A stretch of 37,029 nt of DNA from a virus (lineage: Duplodnaviria > Caudoviricetes). Positions 9,267-17,222 of the stretch are shown piece by piece (position 1 is the first letter of the stretch; each line of letters starts with the position of its first letter). The notes beneath the pieces are model-generated. The model saw nothing but the letters and a program-made list of their open reading frames with translations, ran no database searches and was not told the origin of the DNA. The stretch is taken from positions 1-37,029 of the IMG/VR virus record IMGVR_UViG_3300009481_000037. One strand, given 5' to 3'. Made by a program: the position numbers and the translations under genes.

Positions 9267-9390
9267 TGATTTTCTTTAATTTACTTAAATCATTTCTAAC
9301 ATTCGTTAAAGCCTCTGATCCTTTGCCTTGGCGATAGCACCAGTACCCGGCGCCAATTAACAGCCCCAACAAAATCAAAGTAGTAGTCAT
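9157..9390 (-). CDS. Putative inner-membrane i-spanin (Rz-like)
   Basis: 77 aa; N-terminal TM (LILLGLLIGAGYW) followed by a helical charged region. Confidence 0.5.
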   Translation of the reverse strand: MTTTLILLGLLIGAGYWCYRQGKGSEALTNVRNDLSKLKKINESDEKHDLETDSILDELGNSNGPPSILRGKQDRDR

Positions 9391-9581
9391 TACTTGTCAT
9401 CCATGTTCTTATTTTTAAATACATTCATGCTTAAAAAATTCAATGCCTTTGAAACCATATCCATAAACTGGTTATTCTTCCAACGCGTTGGCATAGCCAT
9501 GGTCACAGTATTGGCAAACATCACTATTTCACCTGCCTGTGCAACCATGTTTTGACTCATAAAAGCCGCTAATAGTTCCAT
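9390..9581 (-). CDS. Small membrane protein, holin candidate
   Basis: 63 aa; hydrophobic segments and a LNFLSMNVFKNKN tail; TAATG-coupled on both sides. Confidence 0.5.
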   Translation of the reverse strand: MELLAAFMSQNMVAQAGEIVMFANTVTMAMPTRWKNNQFMDMVSKALNFLSMNVFKNKNMDDK

Positions 9582-10012
9582 TAGTTGTACTCCTCGATTA
9601 TTTGAAGTATAAAATGCTCATTTCCTTTCAATCTTTCCATGAATTCAGTAAAACCCTGGGCGCTTCTTTCTACGCCACTAAAGCCGAATCCTTCTGCTAC
9701 CAATATACACCCTTTTGTATCTTTTTTCGCGCTATTTCCTTTGTGGAATAGGATATGAGTTCTGTGGCCACTTTCAACATCTTTGACTTCGTACGTTTTG
9801 CCAAATCTAGGAGAATCAACACGGCTGGAAACATATATGCCTGGGGGGATACAACTTATATTAGGAGTGGTTTTGCCATCCTCTTGGAGAATGAGCGGAG
9901 GTTCGAGAGTTACGCAAAACGGTTCTTGGTCATCGAGTAAAACGCCGAAAGTGCCACGTTCCTCAGAAGTCGCTATTCGTTTTAGTTTTACAATCCTAGC
10001 TGGATCATTCAT
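9581..10012 (-). CDS. DUF5675-like protein, putative endolysin
   Basis: GTFG.L, CVTLE, SCIP.G.Y, SPRFG and R.HILFHKGN...DTKGCILV motifs (conserved His and Cys). Confidence 0.75.
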   Translation of the reverse strand: MNDPARIVKLKRIATSEERGTFGVLLDDQEPFCVTLEPPLILQEDGKTTPNISCIPPGIYVSSRVDSPRFGKTYEVKDVESGHRTHILFHKGNSAKKDTKGCILVAEGFGFSGVERSAQGFTEFMERLKGNEHFILQIIEEYN

Positions 10013-10051
10013 AACGATAATATCTTACCGTTACATTTCATGCTTTGACAA

Positions 10052-10972
10052 CTATTCAGTCATACTTTTTCGTTTTGTATAAGCTGGTTTGTATTCTTCA
10101 AATGGGACACTATGAAAAATTGCCCTATGATTTACCCATCTTTGAAAGGCATTCTGGTAATAATCACTCTTGTCATATGCCATAACGAACGGATCTACCT
10201 CCCAAGACTTTAATGTTTCTACCCTTTCCCTATCTTCTTCCGGGGTTGAATTGAAGCCTATTAAAACAAAAAACTGCATCTGCCATGGCTTAATGCCAAC
10301 ATCAATACATCTTTTAAACCCGCGTTCTATTAACTTTTTATCTTTGAAAATGTCCCATGCGAACGTTACCTGCGGATATTTGAATTGAAGATTAAAAAAT
10401 TTAACCTTTGCCAATGCATTAGCTTGGGTTTCAGTAATTGTCCTTATGTTCAAACCCTGGCTAAAACATACTTTAATCTTGCGATCCGCTAATTCAGAAA
10501 ATACGTCAAGGCAATCTGGATGCCCTAGAAAATCATCATCAAGCAATACCAATCTATCTTCCCCTTTGGGGTTACTAAGCAACTCCCTAATACTTAGATT
10601 GACTCTTGGCTTCCCATCCTTTTGAGGCACGACGCAAAACTCACAAGAAAGCCTACAACCTCTTTCACTAAAGCCTATATGGTTCTTGTAATCTGGATAC
10701 AAAAACCACGCCTGATTGTAATTTGCACTATTCATTTCTTCTGGCAATTTGCTATCCCAGGCAAACCCAGTTCCCCCTCGTATTACATAATCTGGCAGAT
10801 CATAACAATCAGTAAATCCAAATATCTTGCTTGCATAAACTTTGTCATATGGGAACAAAGGACCTGTCCAATGCTCTACATCATCCCCAAGCGCCTTGTG
10901 ATAAGCGGCAATCTGCATCAAAGCGAGGTTGGGCAGTTTGCCATCCATATGTACTAAGCCTATTTTTTTCAT
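10052..10972 (-). CDS. Radical SAM protein with a small N-terminal Rossmann-like domain
   Basis: CxxxCxxC motif (RGCRLSCEFCVVP), LLDDDF, FSQGLNIR; N-terminal PNLALMQIAAYHK..GD.V and GGTG. Start placed at ATG 10972 (ATGA overlap with the upstream stop). Confidence 0.85.
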   Translation of the reverse strand: MKKIGLVHMDGKLPNLALMQIAAYHKALGDDVEHWTGPLFPYDKVYASKIFGFTDCYDLPDYVIRGGTGFAWDSKLPEEMNSANYNQAWFLYPDYKNHIGFSERGCRLSCEFCVVPQKDGKPRVNLSIRELLSNPKGEDRLVLLDDDFLGHPDCLDVFSELADRKIKVCFSQGLNIRTITETQANALAKVKFFNLQFKYPQVTFAWDIFKDKKLIERGFKRCIDVGIKPWQMQFFVLIGFNSTPEEDRERVETLKSWEVDPFVMAYDKSDYYQNAFQRWVNHRAIFHSVPFEEYKPAYTKRKSMTE

Positions 10973-11151
10973 TCCTGTTTGCCCCTCTTTTGCCCTAACC
11001 ACTTATCACAGGTTTCACAAAAATACATTACCCTTCTGCGAGTTTTAACCTTTTTTACTTCATGTCCCTTGTGTTCTTTTTTTAATATGACTTTAATTGG
11101 TTTATTTGGTGTGTAAACTAAAGGGTGATTGCCTAAAATGTTTTCTTTCAT
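10969..11151 (-). CDS. Small hypothetical protein with H-x2-H and CxxC (possible Zn ribbon)
   Basis: MKENILG...HKGH...YFCETCDKW; ATGA overlaps at both ends. Confidence 0.6.
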   Translation of the reverse strand: MKENILGNHPLVYTPNKPIKVILKKEHKGHEVKKVKTRRRVMYFCETCDKWLGQKRGKQE

Positions 11152-11531
11152 TTTCCTTCTACCATCCTTTCCCACAAGACCCGGAAAGCAATAGCTCCAG
11201 TAAGCGGGACGACTCCGTTACCCAGGCATTGTAATCTTTCATTTCTATCTTCTTGACACTCGACCAACCAATCGGATGCCCCATCAACCACTCGACGAAT
11301 CTGGGGTTCAGCCGTTTCTTTTCCTTTGGCGTTTCCCCCATCATTTTCCTGCTGAGATCCGCATTCGTTAGCGTTGATCTGATTTTCTCTTGGTTCGCTA
11401 CATCCCTCCCCGCTACCTGATCTAATGTTACCGGGGTAGCCCACCGCTGGGGCAAGGTCGGGTCGTTCGGTAAGGATTGTTTCCCAATGCTTTCTTTCAT
11501 TTGGTCCTGGGGGCCAATAGGGGATTCGCAT
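11148..11531 (-). CDS. C5-cytosine MTase C-terminal polypeptide (motif X)
   Basis: EPQIRRVVDG...RNERLQCLGNGVVP; own RBS AAGGAG-8 nt-ATG; same frame as the N-terminal part at 11967-12512. Confidence 0.75.
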   Translation of the reverse strand: MRIPYWPPGPNERKHWETILTERPDLAPAVGYPGNIRSGSGEGCSEPRENQINANECGSQQENDGGNAKGKETAEPQIRRVVDGASDWLVECQEDRNERLQCLGNGVVPLTGAIAFRVLWERMVEGK

Positions 11532-12514
11532 GATTCAAACTCCTTTGCTTGATGGGTTAGCATTCTTTGTGATTGTGGACAGGCGGCATCTTCCCTAGCC
11601 GCCGGGGTAAGCCATTTTGCTCCTGGCCCAGTAGGCCAGGCATCTACAACGCTTGGCAGATCACTACCATTCCAGTTTTCTGATGCCCTGCGTTCTTGGA
11701 AATCTGACTTTACAGGGGTAGGCCATTTTTTGGTAGTTAGTGATAGATTTTCGCTTACTAATTCCTTCCCCTCAGATTTCCGCTTTTCCATTCGCGCGTT
11801 ATGGGATTCCACACTTTCATCCATCTCTAATGCCCGTGGAGTAGGCCAATTATTTGCTTCCGCTCTAGCAAGGGCAGCCCACTCCCCTGTCTTGTCTTCC
11901 AAGTTAAGCCCATGCGACCCCTTGCCATCATTTGAAATCCGTCTCCCAGTATCAGACATTCTAGCATTAGGATGTGGGGATTCCTGGGTTGTCGGGGTAG
12001 GCCAAGAGGAAAACTCTTTGGCGCTGATGGGAACTTCCCACTCCTGACGCTGAAAACATTCCCCATTGACAAGACAGCCCGATTTTGGAAAATTCTCCGA
12101 GAACAATGCCCATTGCCCCGTTATCCAGCAAGCCTGAGACGTTCTCCACGAAGACGTATCGGGGTCGTATTTCGCCAATAAGGCGGACGTATTCGTAGAA
12201 AAGCCCGGATCTGTTTCCTTTGACGATTCCTTCTTTTTTGCCTGCGACGGACAAGTCAGTACATGGAAATCCTCCAATGATTGTCGATACCTTTCCACGC
12301 CAAGGCTTGCCATCGAAGGATGTAATGTCGTCCCAAATAGGAGCTTCATCCAGGATCTTGTCTTCCATCTTTTTGCAGAGAGTGGCGACTGCATAGCTTT
12401 CCCGCTCGACATAAACCACAGTTTTACTGCCTGGGGCTGCCAATCTAACTGATTCGTCGAGTCCTCCAATTCCGCTAAAGAGGGAACAAATTGTTTGGGC
12501 AGGTATAACCACAT
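11159..12514 (-). CDS. C5-cytosine MTase alternative-frame (beta-type) polypeptide with WPTP repeats and motif IX
   Basis: 451-aa open frame overlapping both alpha parts; SSWRTSQ, FPKSG, repeated W[PLA]T[PG] units and RLNPRFVEWLMGHPIGWS. Confidence 0.75.
   Translation of the reverse strand: MWLYLPKQFVPSLAELEDSTNQLDWQPQAVKLWFMSSGKAMQSPLSAKRWKTRSWMKLLFGTTLHPSMASLGVERYRQSLEDFHVLTCPSQAKKKESSKETDPGFSTNTSALLAKYDPDTSSWRTSQACWITGQWALFSENFPKSGCLVNGECFQRQEWEVPISAKEFSSWPTPTTQESPHPNARMSDTGRRISNDGKGSHGLNLEDKTGEWAALARAEANNWPTPRALEMDESVESHNARMEKRKSEGKELVSENLSLTTKKWPTPVKSDFQERRASENWNGSDLPSVVDAWPTGPGAKWLTPAAREDAACPQSQRMLTHQAKEFESCESPIGPQDQMKESIGKQSLPNDPTLPQRWATPVTLDQVAGRDVANQEKIRSTLTNADLSRKMMGETPKEKKRLNPRFVEWLMGHPIGWSSVKKIEMKDYNAWVTESSRLLELLLSGSCGKGW
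11967..12512 (-). CDS. C5-cytosine DNA methyltransferase N-terminal catalytic polypeptide (motifs I-VIII)
   Basis: SLFSGIGG (I), DI (III), GGFPCTDLS (IV), ENV (VI), HQRQRVF (VIII). Confidence 0.9.
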   Translation of the reverse strand: MVIPAQTICSLFSGIGGLDESVRLAAPGSKTVVYVERESYAVATLCKKMEDKILDEAPIWDDITSFDGKPWRGKVSTIIGGFPCTDLSVAGKKEGIVKGNRSGLFYEYVRLIGEIRPRYVFVENVSGLLDNGAMGIVLGEFSKIGLSCQWGMFSASGVGSSHQRQRVFLLAYPDNPGIPTS

Positions 12515-12516
12515 TC

Positions 12517-12897
12517 TTAGTCTCCTATTTCAAGTTGAAGATATTTTTCTATGGCAGATTTTGCCTGTTCAAAACCATAACAAACGCAAGTTTCATAACC
12601 TTCCACCTTTAAACTAGCTAGCCACCAGTTTTGACTTGCTGTTGGCTTGTTCTTCCCATGTTTAAGTTCCAGAAACAAACCATGTTTGCCATTTTTCGGA
12701 ACCGCAAGGAAACAATCCGGCACCCCGGCTTTGACTCCGCCGGATTTAAGTTTAGCCCCAACTGCCTTATGCCTATGACCCCCATTAGGTATTGCAAACA
12801 AAAGACTTAAATGTAAGTGCAGACGTTCCTTTTCTTTCGCCCAGTTGAACAATTTTACCTGTTCAATATGTTCGTAATCATTCCTTTGCCTTCGCAT
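12517..12897 (-). CDS. VRR-NUC domain nuclease
   Basis: EH.EQ, FAIPNGG.R, GVKAGVPD, LFLELK and Q..W motifs (PD-(D/E)xK fold). Confidence 0.88.
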   Translation of the reverse strand: MRRQRNDYEHIEQVKLFNWAKEKERLHLHLSLLFAIPNGGHRHKAVGAKLKSGGVKAGVPDCFLAVPKNGKHGLFLELKHGKNKPTASQNWWLASLKVEGYETCVCYGFEQAKSAIEKYLQLEIGD

Positions 12898-13183
12898 TTA
12901 AATCCCCTTTCCCTTGATTTTCTATGATGCACTTTTCGCTTATTGAAATATAATTGCGAGCATCACAATAATTATCTAAGTGGTTTGGGTCCCAAGCTGA
13001 TCGTAAAACCTTCAACAATACTTGCTTTAACGCAGCTAGATGCCCCTCATTTATACTTTCCTGACCACTAGCTTCTGCAAATATATCTAAAAGTTGACAC
13101 ATTTGCCCGTAGGTTTGAAAAAAAAGCCTTGGGGGGCCATATTTTTCCATCCGATCTTCCATTATTTCTTCATCTTTCTTCAT
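12878..13183 (-). CDS. Hypothetical phage protein (DUF6378-like)
   Basis: DR...YG.P...F, LKV.R and H.DNY.D...Y pattern; GGGAGG RBS before ATG 13183. Confidence 0.55.
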   Translation of the reverse strand: MKKDEEIMEDRMEKYGPPRLFFQTYGQMCQLLDIFAEASGQESINEGHLAALKQVLLKVLRSAWDPNHLDNYCDARNYISISEKCIIENQGKGDLNAKAKE

Positions 13184-13526
13184 TATTTGCTTTCCTCCCT
13201 TTTTTGTTTTCACGAACTGAATTTCTACATACTTCCCCGCAATATCTTGCCTTACTTCCTTCTTCTATTTTTTTATGACACCATTCACAAAACCTTTCTT
13301 CTTTTGGAATCGTGCATAATCTCACCTGTAATTCCCTTAAACAGAACTTTTTGCCTTCAGTTATTCCAACATTTGTAGCTTGTGTTATCTTTTCCCCTGA
13401 TGGAATATGGTGCAGGCATACCAACATTTTATAAATTGAATGTTCCTTTGTTTCCCACTTCAAGTCATCTTCTAAAACAGTTAATTCACCTTGAAGCTCT
13501 GTTTTCTTTAGTTTTATAGACCCCAT
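13170..13526 (-). CDS. Hypothetical protein with a C-terminal Zn finger
   Basis: CEWC...RYCGEVC motif. Confidence 0.6.
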   Translation of the reverse strand: MGSIKLKKTELQGELTVLEDDLKWETKEHSIYKMLVCLHHIPSGEKITQATNVGITEGKKFCLRELQVRLCTIPKEERFCEWCHKKIEEGSKARYCGEVCRNSVRENKKGRKANNEER

Positions 13527-13527
13527 G

Positions 13528-13905
13528 CTATTGTCCTATTTTAGCGACTAGGGCTTTAATTTTTCGCTGATTCTGATAGGCTTCTGGATCTGCCTCATAT
13601 TCATCTCTTATTTTTTTTCTTTCCTTTTCTTCCAACAATTTCTTTTTCCCTTCTATTTCCTTTAATTTATTGGTTTTCTTGATCTTTCTGTTTTCTTCTA
13701 CCCTTTCTCTAATCAATGCCGGAACATTGGTTCCAGGATAAAACTGGGTAACCCGGTTGCATATCTGCATGATAGCTTCTTCCAATTCACCAGTCTTCAG
13801 ATCCCGAAGTAGACGGAACCATACTTCTAGCTGTTCTTCCGTTACATTTGGAAGCCCCGTCATTGATAACATTTGCATCCCCATCTTGAATTCCTTTCTT
13901 TCCAT
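13528..13905 (-). CDS. Replication-associated protein (helicase loader/inhibitor-like)
   Basis: W...L.DL....L..AI.......FYP pattern; directly downstream of the initiator. Confidence 0.5.
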   Translation of the reverse strand: MERKEFKMGMQMLSMTGLPNVTEEQLEVWFRLLRDLKTGELEEAIMQICNRVTQFYPGTNVPALIRERVEENRKIKKTNKLKEIEGKKKLLEEKERKKIRDEYEADPEAYQNQRKIKALVAKIGQ

Positions 13906-14611
13906 CCTTCGCCTCCCAGTTTTCTATGGTTTTTAGGTTTTTCCCCGCCAAGACTTCTTTCTTACCTCCTACTTTTTTTGCCGCGATCTTATCCCAATGC
14001 TTTCTTAAATTGTCTGGGGATAAGCATACCCTATGCCAAAATTCATCCTTGGCTACCCAGGAATACAATTCACGGATTTCCTTATCTGAATGCTTGTCCA
14101 CTTCCCGCATCAACCGAATAGTATTAGCCCAATTTTTAAGGTTGGGATCTTTATGGTTAGGATGGAGGGACTTTCTCCAATTCAAAATATACCGGGCTGT
14201 TTCATAATCCGTAGAAGTATCTACTTCTTTATTCTTATTCTTATTCTTATTCTTATTCTTGCTTGTAAGTTGCTTGCTGGCTACTTGCAAGTTCTTTGTG
14301 TGATTATCCCTTATTTCCAACAACTTAGGGCATGAGATTTTTAAAAGATTATCAGAAGATTCTAAGTTTATTTTGAGTTTGTTTTCAGAATATTCTAAGA
14401 ATGTTTCTAGTTTCTTTCGCTTTGCTTTTAAGAATGTTTGCCATTTGTTCCAAGAATATTCTGCATAACAGCGATCTGTTTTGTCCATTTGCTTTGCTAT
14501 TGTTTCTAATAATTTCCACCATCTAGCATAGCCAATTAAGCCAAATTTTTCTTCCAACCCGGCAATAAATTCATCGTCTGACGAATCGGTATAGTGCTTG
14601 AACCATTTCAT
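13787..14611 (-). CDS. Phage replication initiator / replisome organizer
   Basis: MKWFKH, G..GY..WW.LLE N-domain, KNKNKN linker, and a lambda-O-like C-domain (WAN.IRLM...D, FW....LSP..LRK.WD). Confidence 0.8.
   Translation of the reverse strand: MKWFKHYTDSSDDEFIAGLEEKFGLIGYARWWKLLETIAKQMDKTDRCYAEYSWNKWQTFLKAKRKKLETFLEYSENKLKINLESSDNLLKISCPKLLEIRDNHTKNLQVASKQLTSKNKNKNKNKNKEVDTSTDYETARYILNWRKSLHPNHKDPNLKNWANTIRLMREVDKHSDKEIRELYSWVAKDEFWHRVCLSPDNLRKHWDKIAAKKVGGKKEVLAGKNLKTIENWEAKDGKKGIQDGDANVINDGASKCNGRTARSMVPSTSGSEDW
14229..14260 (+). repeat. (TTATTC)x5 microsatellite encoding KNKNKNKNKNK
   Basis: Read directly from the sequence. Confidence 0.9.
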
Positions 14612-15021
14612 ACTGTTCCCCTTTTTTTTGGGTATTTATATTCATACCGAGTACATGGGTTATTGCAAAATTTGCCACGGTTGGAATTCGGTTGGAAATT
14701 TTTACCACACATCACACAGTCTTTTCTTGGGATTGGGGTATTTATATATTCCCCATAAGGGCCATAGCCCTTGCAAGGGTTATTGCAATAAACCCTTCCA
14801 GGCGTACCCATATATATGGTCCCACATTCTCTACATTCTTTTTCTATCTTATTGTCTTTTTTCTTTTTTTTCTTCTTTTTTGCTACTGGTTTGTAACCGG
14901 GTCTTAATGGGTTTACCCCTATATCTTCCCAAATTTTTTTAGAAATTTCCAATTCTGATACCGTATATTTAAAAAATTCCATGCCACATTCACACTTTTT
15001 TACCACCCTAACTTCATGCAT
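14608..15021 (-). CDS. Cys-rich basic protein with two CxxCG...[YF]CNNPC repeats
   Basis: CRECG...YCNNPC and CVMCG...FCNNPC; poly-Lys stretch. Confidence 0.65.
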   Translation of the reverse strand: MHEVRVVKKCECGMEFFKYTVSELEISKKIWEDIGVNPLRPGYKPVAKKKKKKKKDNKIEKECRECGTIYMGTPGRVYCNNPCKGYGPYGEYINTPIPRKDCVMCGKNFQPNSNRGKFCNNPCTRYEYKYPKKRGTV

Positions 15022-15045
15022 GGCTATTCCCTTAATAATTTATAT

Positions 15046-15417
15046 TCAAACATTTGTCTTAACTGGGATTACGCATCTTCCAGTTACCGTGCAAACACGC
15101 TTTTCTGCTTCAACCAAGTAACCCTTTTTCTTCATCCCATTTACCCTGCCACTAACCGCATTAATCTGTATTTCCGCTTCCCTACTAATTTCCTGCAGTG
15201 TCATTGAAGGTTTCCCTATAAGAATCTTGTAAATTGCCAATTCCTGGTTCCCCAATACCCCGGATTCTTGCAAATCCCGGTAGGCATCAAGACTCGTTGC
15301 CCTAACCCCATTGACAAAGCCAACCATATCCCGCACTTGTTCTTCCCTGGTCCCCCCTTCTTTAAAAAGAGGGAGTTCGGGAAGGCTTGGGTCATCAATA
15401 TAATGTCTGTTCTTCAT
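15046..15417 (-). CDS. Winged-helix DNA-binding protein
   Basis: TS.DAY, T.QEIS......INAVSGRVN.M.K.G.L and C.VTGR motifs. Confidence 0.7.
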   Translation of the reverse strand: MKNRHYIDDPSLPELPLFKEGGTREEQVRDMVGFVNGVRATSLDAYRDLQESGVLGNQELAIYKILIGKPSMTLQEISREAEIQINAVSGRVNGMKKKGYLVEAEKRVCTVTGRCVIPVKTNV

Positions 15418-15430
15418 GGCATAACCTCAG

Positions 15431-15784
15431 TTAAAATGGAATATCATCCTGTTCTTTCGTTTCGATCCCTTTTGGCATAAATGTAACACTTCCCGCAACA
15501 ACCTGTATTTTGGTTTGTTTTTGTCCGGATTTGTTTTCCCATTCGCGTTGATTCAAATGTCCTTCTACCAGGCAAAGCGCCCCCTTTTTTAAGTATTGGT
15601 AGCAATTATCAGCCAATGTATTCCAACAAGTAATGTCCAAAAAACATACTTCATCTTCACCTTTTTTTCTATTTCTATTCACAGCTAAACCAAATTCACA
15701 TAGGTTTGCCCCACTAGGGATTTCCTTTTTTTCCGGGTCACGCGTTAATCGACCCATCAATATTACCTTATTAAAGTTAGACAT
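15431..15784 (-). CDS. ssb: Single-stranded DNA-binding protein
   Basis: NKVILMGRLTRDPE, KG....VEG.L and acidic C-terminal DDIPF. Confidence 0.95.
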   Translation of the reverse strand: MSNFNKVILMGRLTRDPEKKEIPSGANLCEFGLAVNRNRKKGEDEVCFLDITCWNTLADNCYQYLKKGALCLVEGHLNQREWENKSGQKQTKIQVVAGSVTFMPKGIETKEQDDIPF

Positions 15785-16457
15785 TTTTGCTCCTTTGAAT
15801 GCTTGAGTTAATTGGGATAATTCGTATTCCTTTTATTTCTATCCGCCCATACTTGGCGATCACTACCTTCTTGATATTTGCAGCTACAGCCTTCCGCATT
15901 GTTTCATTCACCGGGATCAAATATTCATATGGAATTTGATCTTCTTTCCCCTTGATAATTTCAACATCCCAAGATGGCTTGATTGTGTTCTTGCCTTTAA
16001 GGGTAGGAATGGCTAATGGGGCTTCTGGCTGATCGATTAGTTCTTTTGCTGAATCAATAGCTACTTGCGGAACCCCTTGTTCTTCCATCTCAAAAATCAT
16101 ACGCTCATTTGCTTCTTTGTTTTTTTCTCTATTTTTCTTAATTTCTACTTCTAGAATTTCATCACGTTCCATTTCATAAGCGGCTATTTTATCGACAAGA
16201 TGTTGGCAACCTTCATTAACTGGATCTAAGATTAATTTTTCCGCCTGTTGTATCTTTTCACGAAGATCCTTTACTTGTTGTTTGTAAGGTTCCAAACGTC
16301 TTTTAGCTTCTTTTCTAACAGCTGCCCCTTGCGAAATCTTTTCATGGGCCTGGCTCCAAGACGCGTCATCCTTGACATTCAAAGCAATACATTGAGCCTT
16401 CAATCTATCCCCTTGCATTTTTAATATTTCAGTATCTTCAACAATGTCTAATTCCAT
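15777..16457 (-). CDS. Coiled-coil hypothetical protein of the recombination module
   Basis: 226 aa, mostly helical; IPYEYL and EIKGIRI at the C-terminus; lies between erf and ssb. Confidence 0.6.
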   Translation of the reverse strand: MELDIVEDTEILKMQGDRLKAQCIALNVKDDASWSQAHEKISQGAAVRKEAKRRLEPYKQQVKDLREKIQQAEKLILDPVNEGCQHLVDKIAAYEMERDEILEVEIKKNREKNKEANERMIFEMEEQGVPQVAIDSAKELIDQPEAPLAIPTLKGKNTIKPSWDVEIIKGKEDQIPYEYLIPVNETMRKAVAANIKKVVIAKYGRIEIKGIRIIPINSSIQRSKNV

Positions 16458-17107
16458 TAATTGTCCTCCATTTCTTCCAGTTCTTGCATTCCTTTGCGTT
16501 TAATTTCATTAGTAATAAATTGTTTTACGTCTTCTAATTCATATAATTTGATCTTGTGAGAACTTTCTATCCCCAATTCCCCCAACAGTTCTTTTGCTTG
16601 CTTCCCATTTAAACCCTTTTCCTTAGTTGCCCAGGTAATGAAATTCTGTCTATCTTCTTCAGAAAGATATATTGTATTTTCTGTTTTTTTAGGTTCTTCA
16701 GAGTCGGGCATAGGAGGGGTATTTATTTTGTTTTCCCCATCATCGTCAATTCTTGGAATAGCCAACAAGGATTCAATCCCGCCCCGTCTTGCATAAGTCT
16801 GCCCGGCAAGTGCTTTTTGAGGGCTCATGTTTTTTTCAACAACAATTTCAGTAAACGATCGCATAAACTCACCACTGGCATGCGTTACCTGGGTCACGAC
16901 CCAATTTTTACCTTCCAATGGCATTGTCCCTTGCGTCAATATAATATCCTGGTCAAGCAAGGGTTCATTGCATGCTTCAATAAGATCTTCTGCCGTCGCA
17001 TATGCACCCCAATTCCCCTTACCTTTTTTCTTAGCCCCTTCCATGTTTTTCCTAGCCTTAATCAGAGCTGAAGCAATCTTGCTACGCGTTTCACTATGAA
17101 TGTCCAT
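16457..17107 (-). CDS. erf: ERF-family ssDNA annealing protein
   Basis: ALIKA, YA..ED, H.SGE and Q......TYARR.......I...DDDG motifs. Confidence 0.85.
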   Translation of the reverse strand: MDIHSETRSKIASALIKARKNMEGAKKKGKGNWGAYATAEDLIEACNEPLLDQDIILTQGTMPLEGKNWVVTQVTHASGEFMRSFTEIVVEKNMSPQKALAGQTYARRGGIESLLAIPRIDDDGENKINTPPMPDSEEPKKTENTIYLSEEDRQNFITWATKEKGLNGKQAKELLGELGIESSHKIKLYELEDVKQFITNEIKRKGMQELEEMEDN

Positions 17108-17129
17108 CTATTGATCCTCCCTTAAAAAG

Positions 17130-17222
17130 TTAATCATCATTAACTACTGAGCCTATCAAGGCAATTATTAAAGCCAAATTCCATCCACAATATGCCATCC
17201 AAAAAAAATCTACCCAGGTCAT
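17130..17222 (-). CDS. 30-aa single-TM peptide MTWVDFFWMAYCGWNLALIIALIGSVVNDD
   Basis: Hand-translated; ATGA overlap with the upstream gene; fills the gap before erf. Confidence 0.5.
   Translation of the reverse strand: MTWVDFFWMAYCGWNLALIIALIGSVVNDD

Noticed and set aside
11532-11969. Single-stop readthrough restoring a one-piece MTase alpha chain
   Set aside because: At least two in-frame stops (TAA 11967, TAG 11961) follow alpha-N, and alpha-C has its own RBS.
14855-14882. T-rich tract as a terminator or slippery site
   Set aside because: It encodes the poly-Lys stretch of the Cys-rich ORF, which stays in frame; no hairpin is present.
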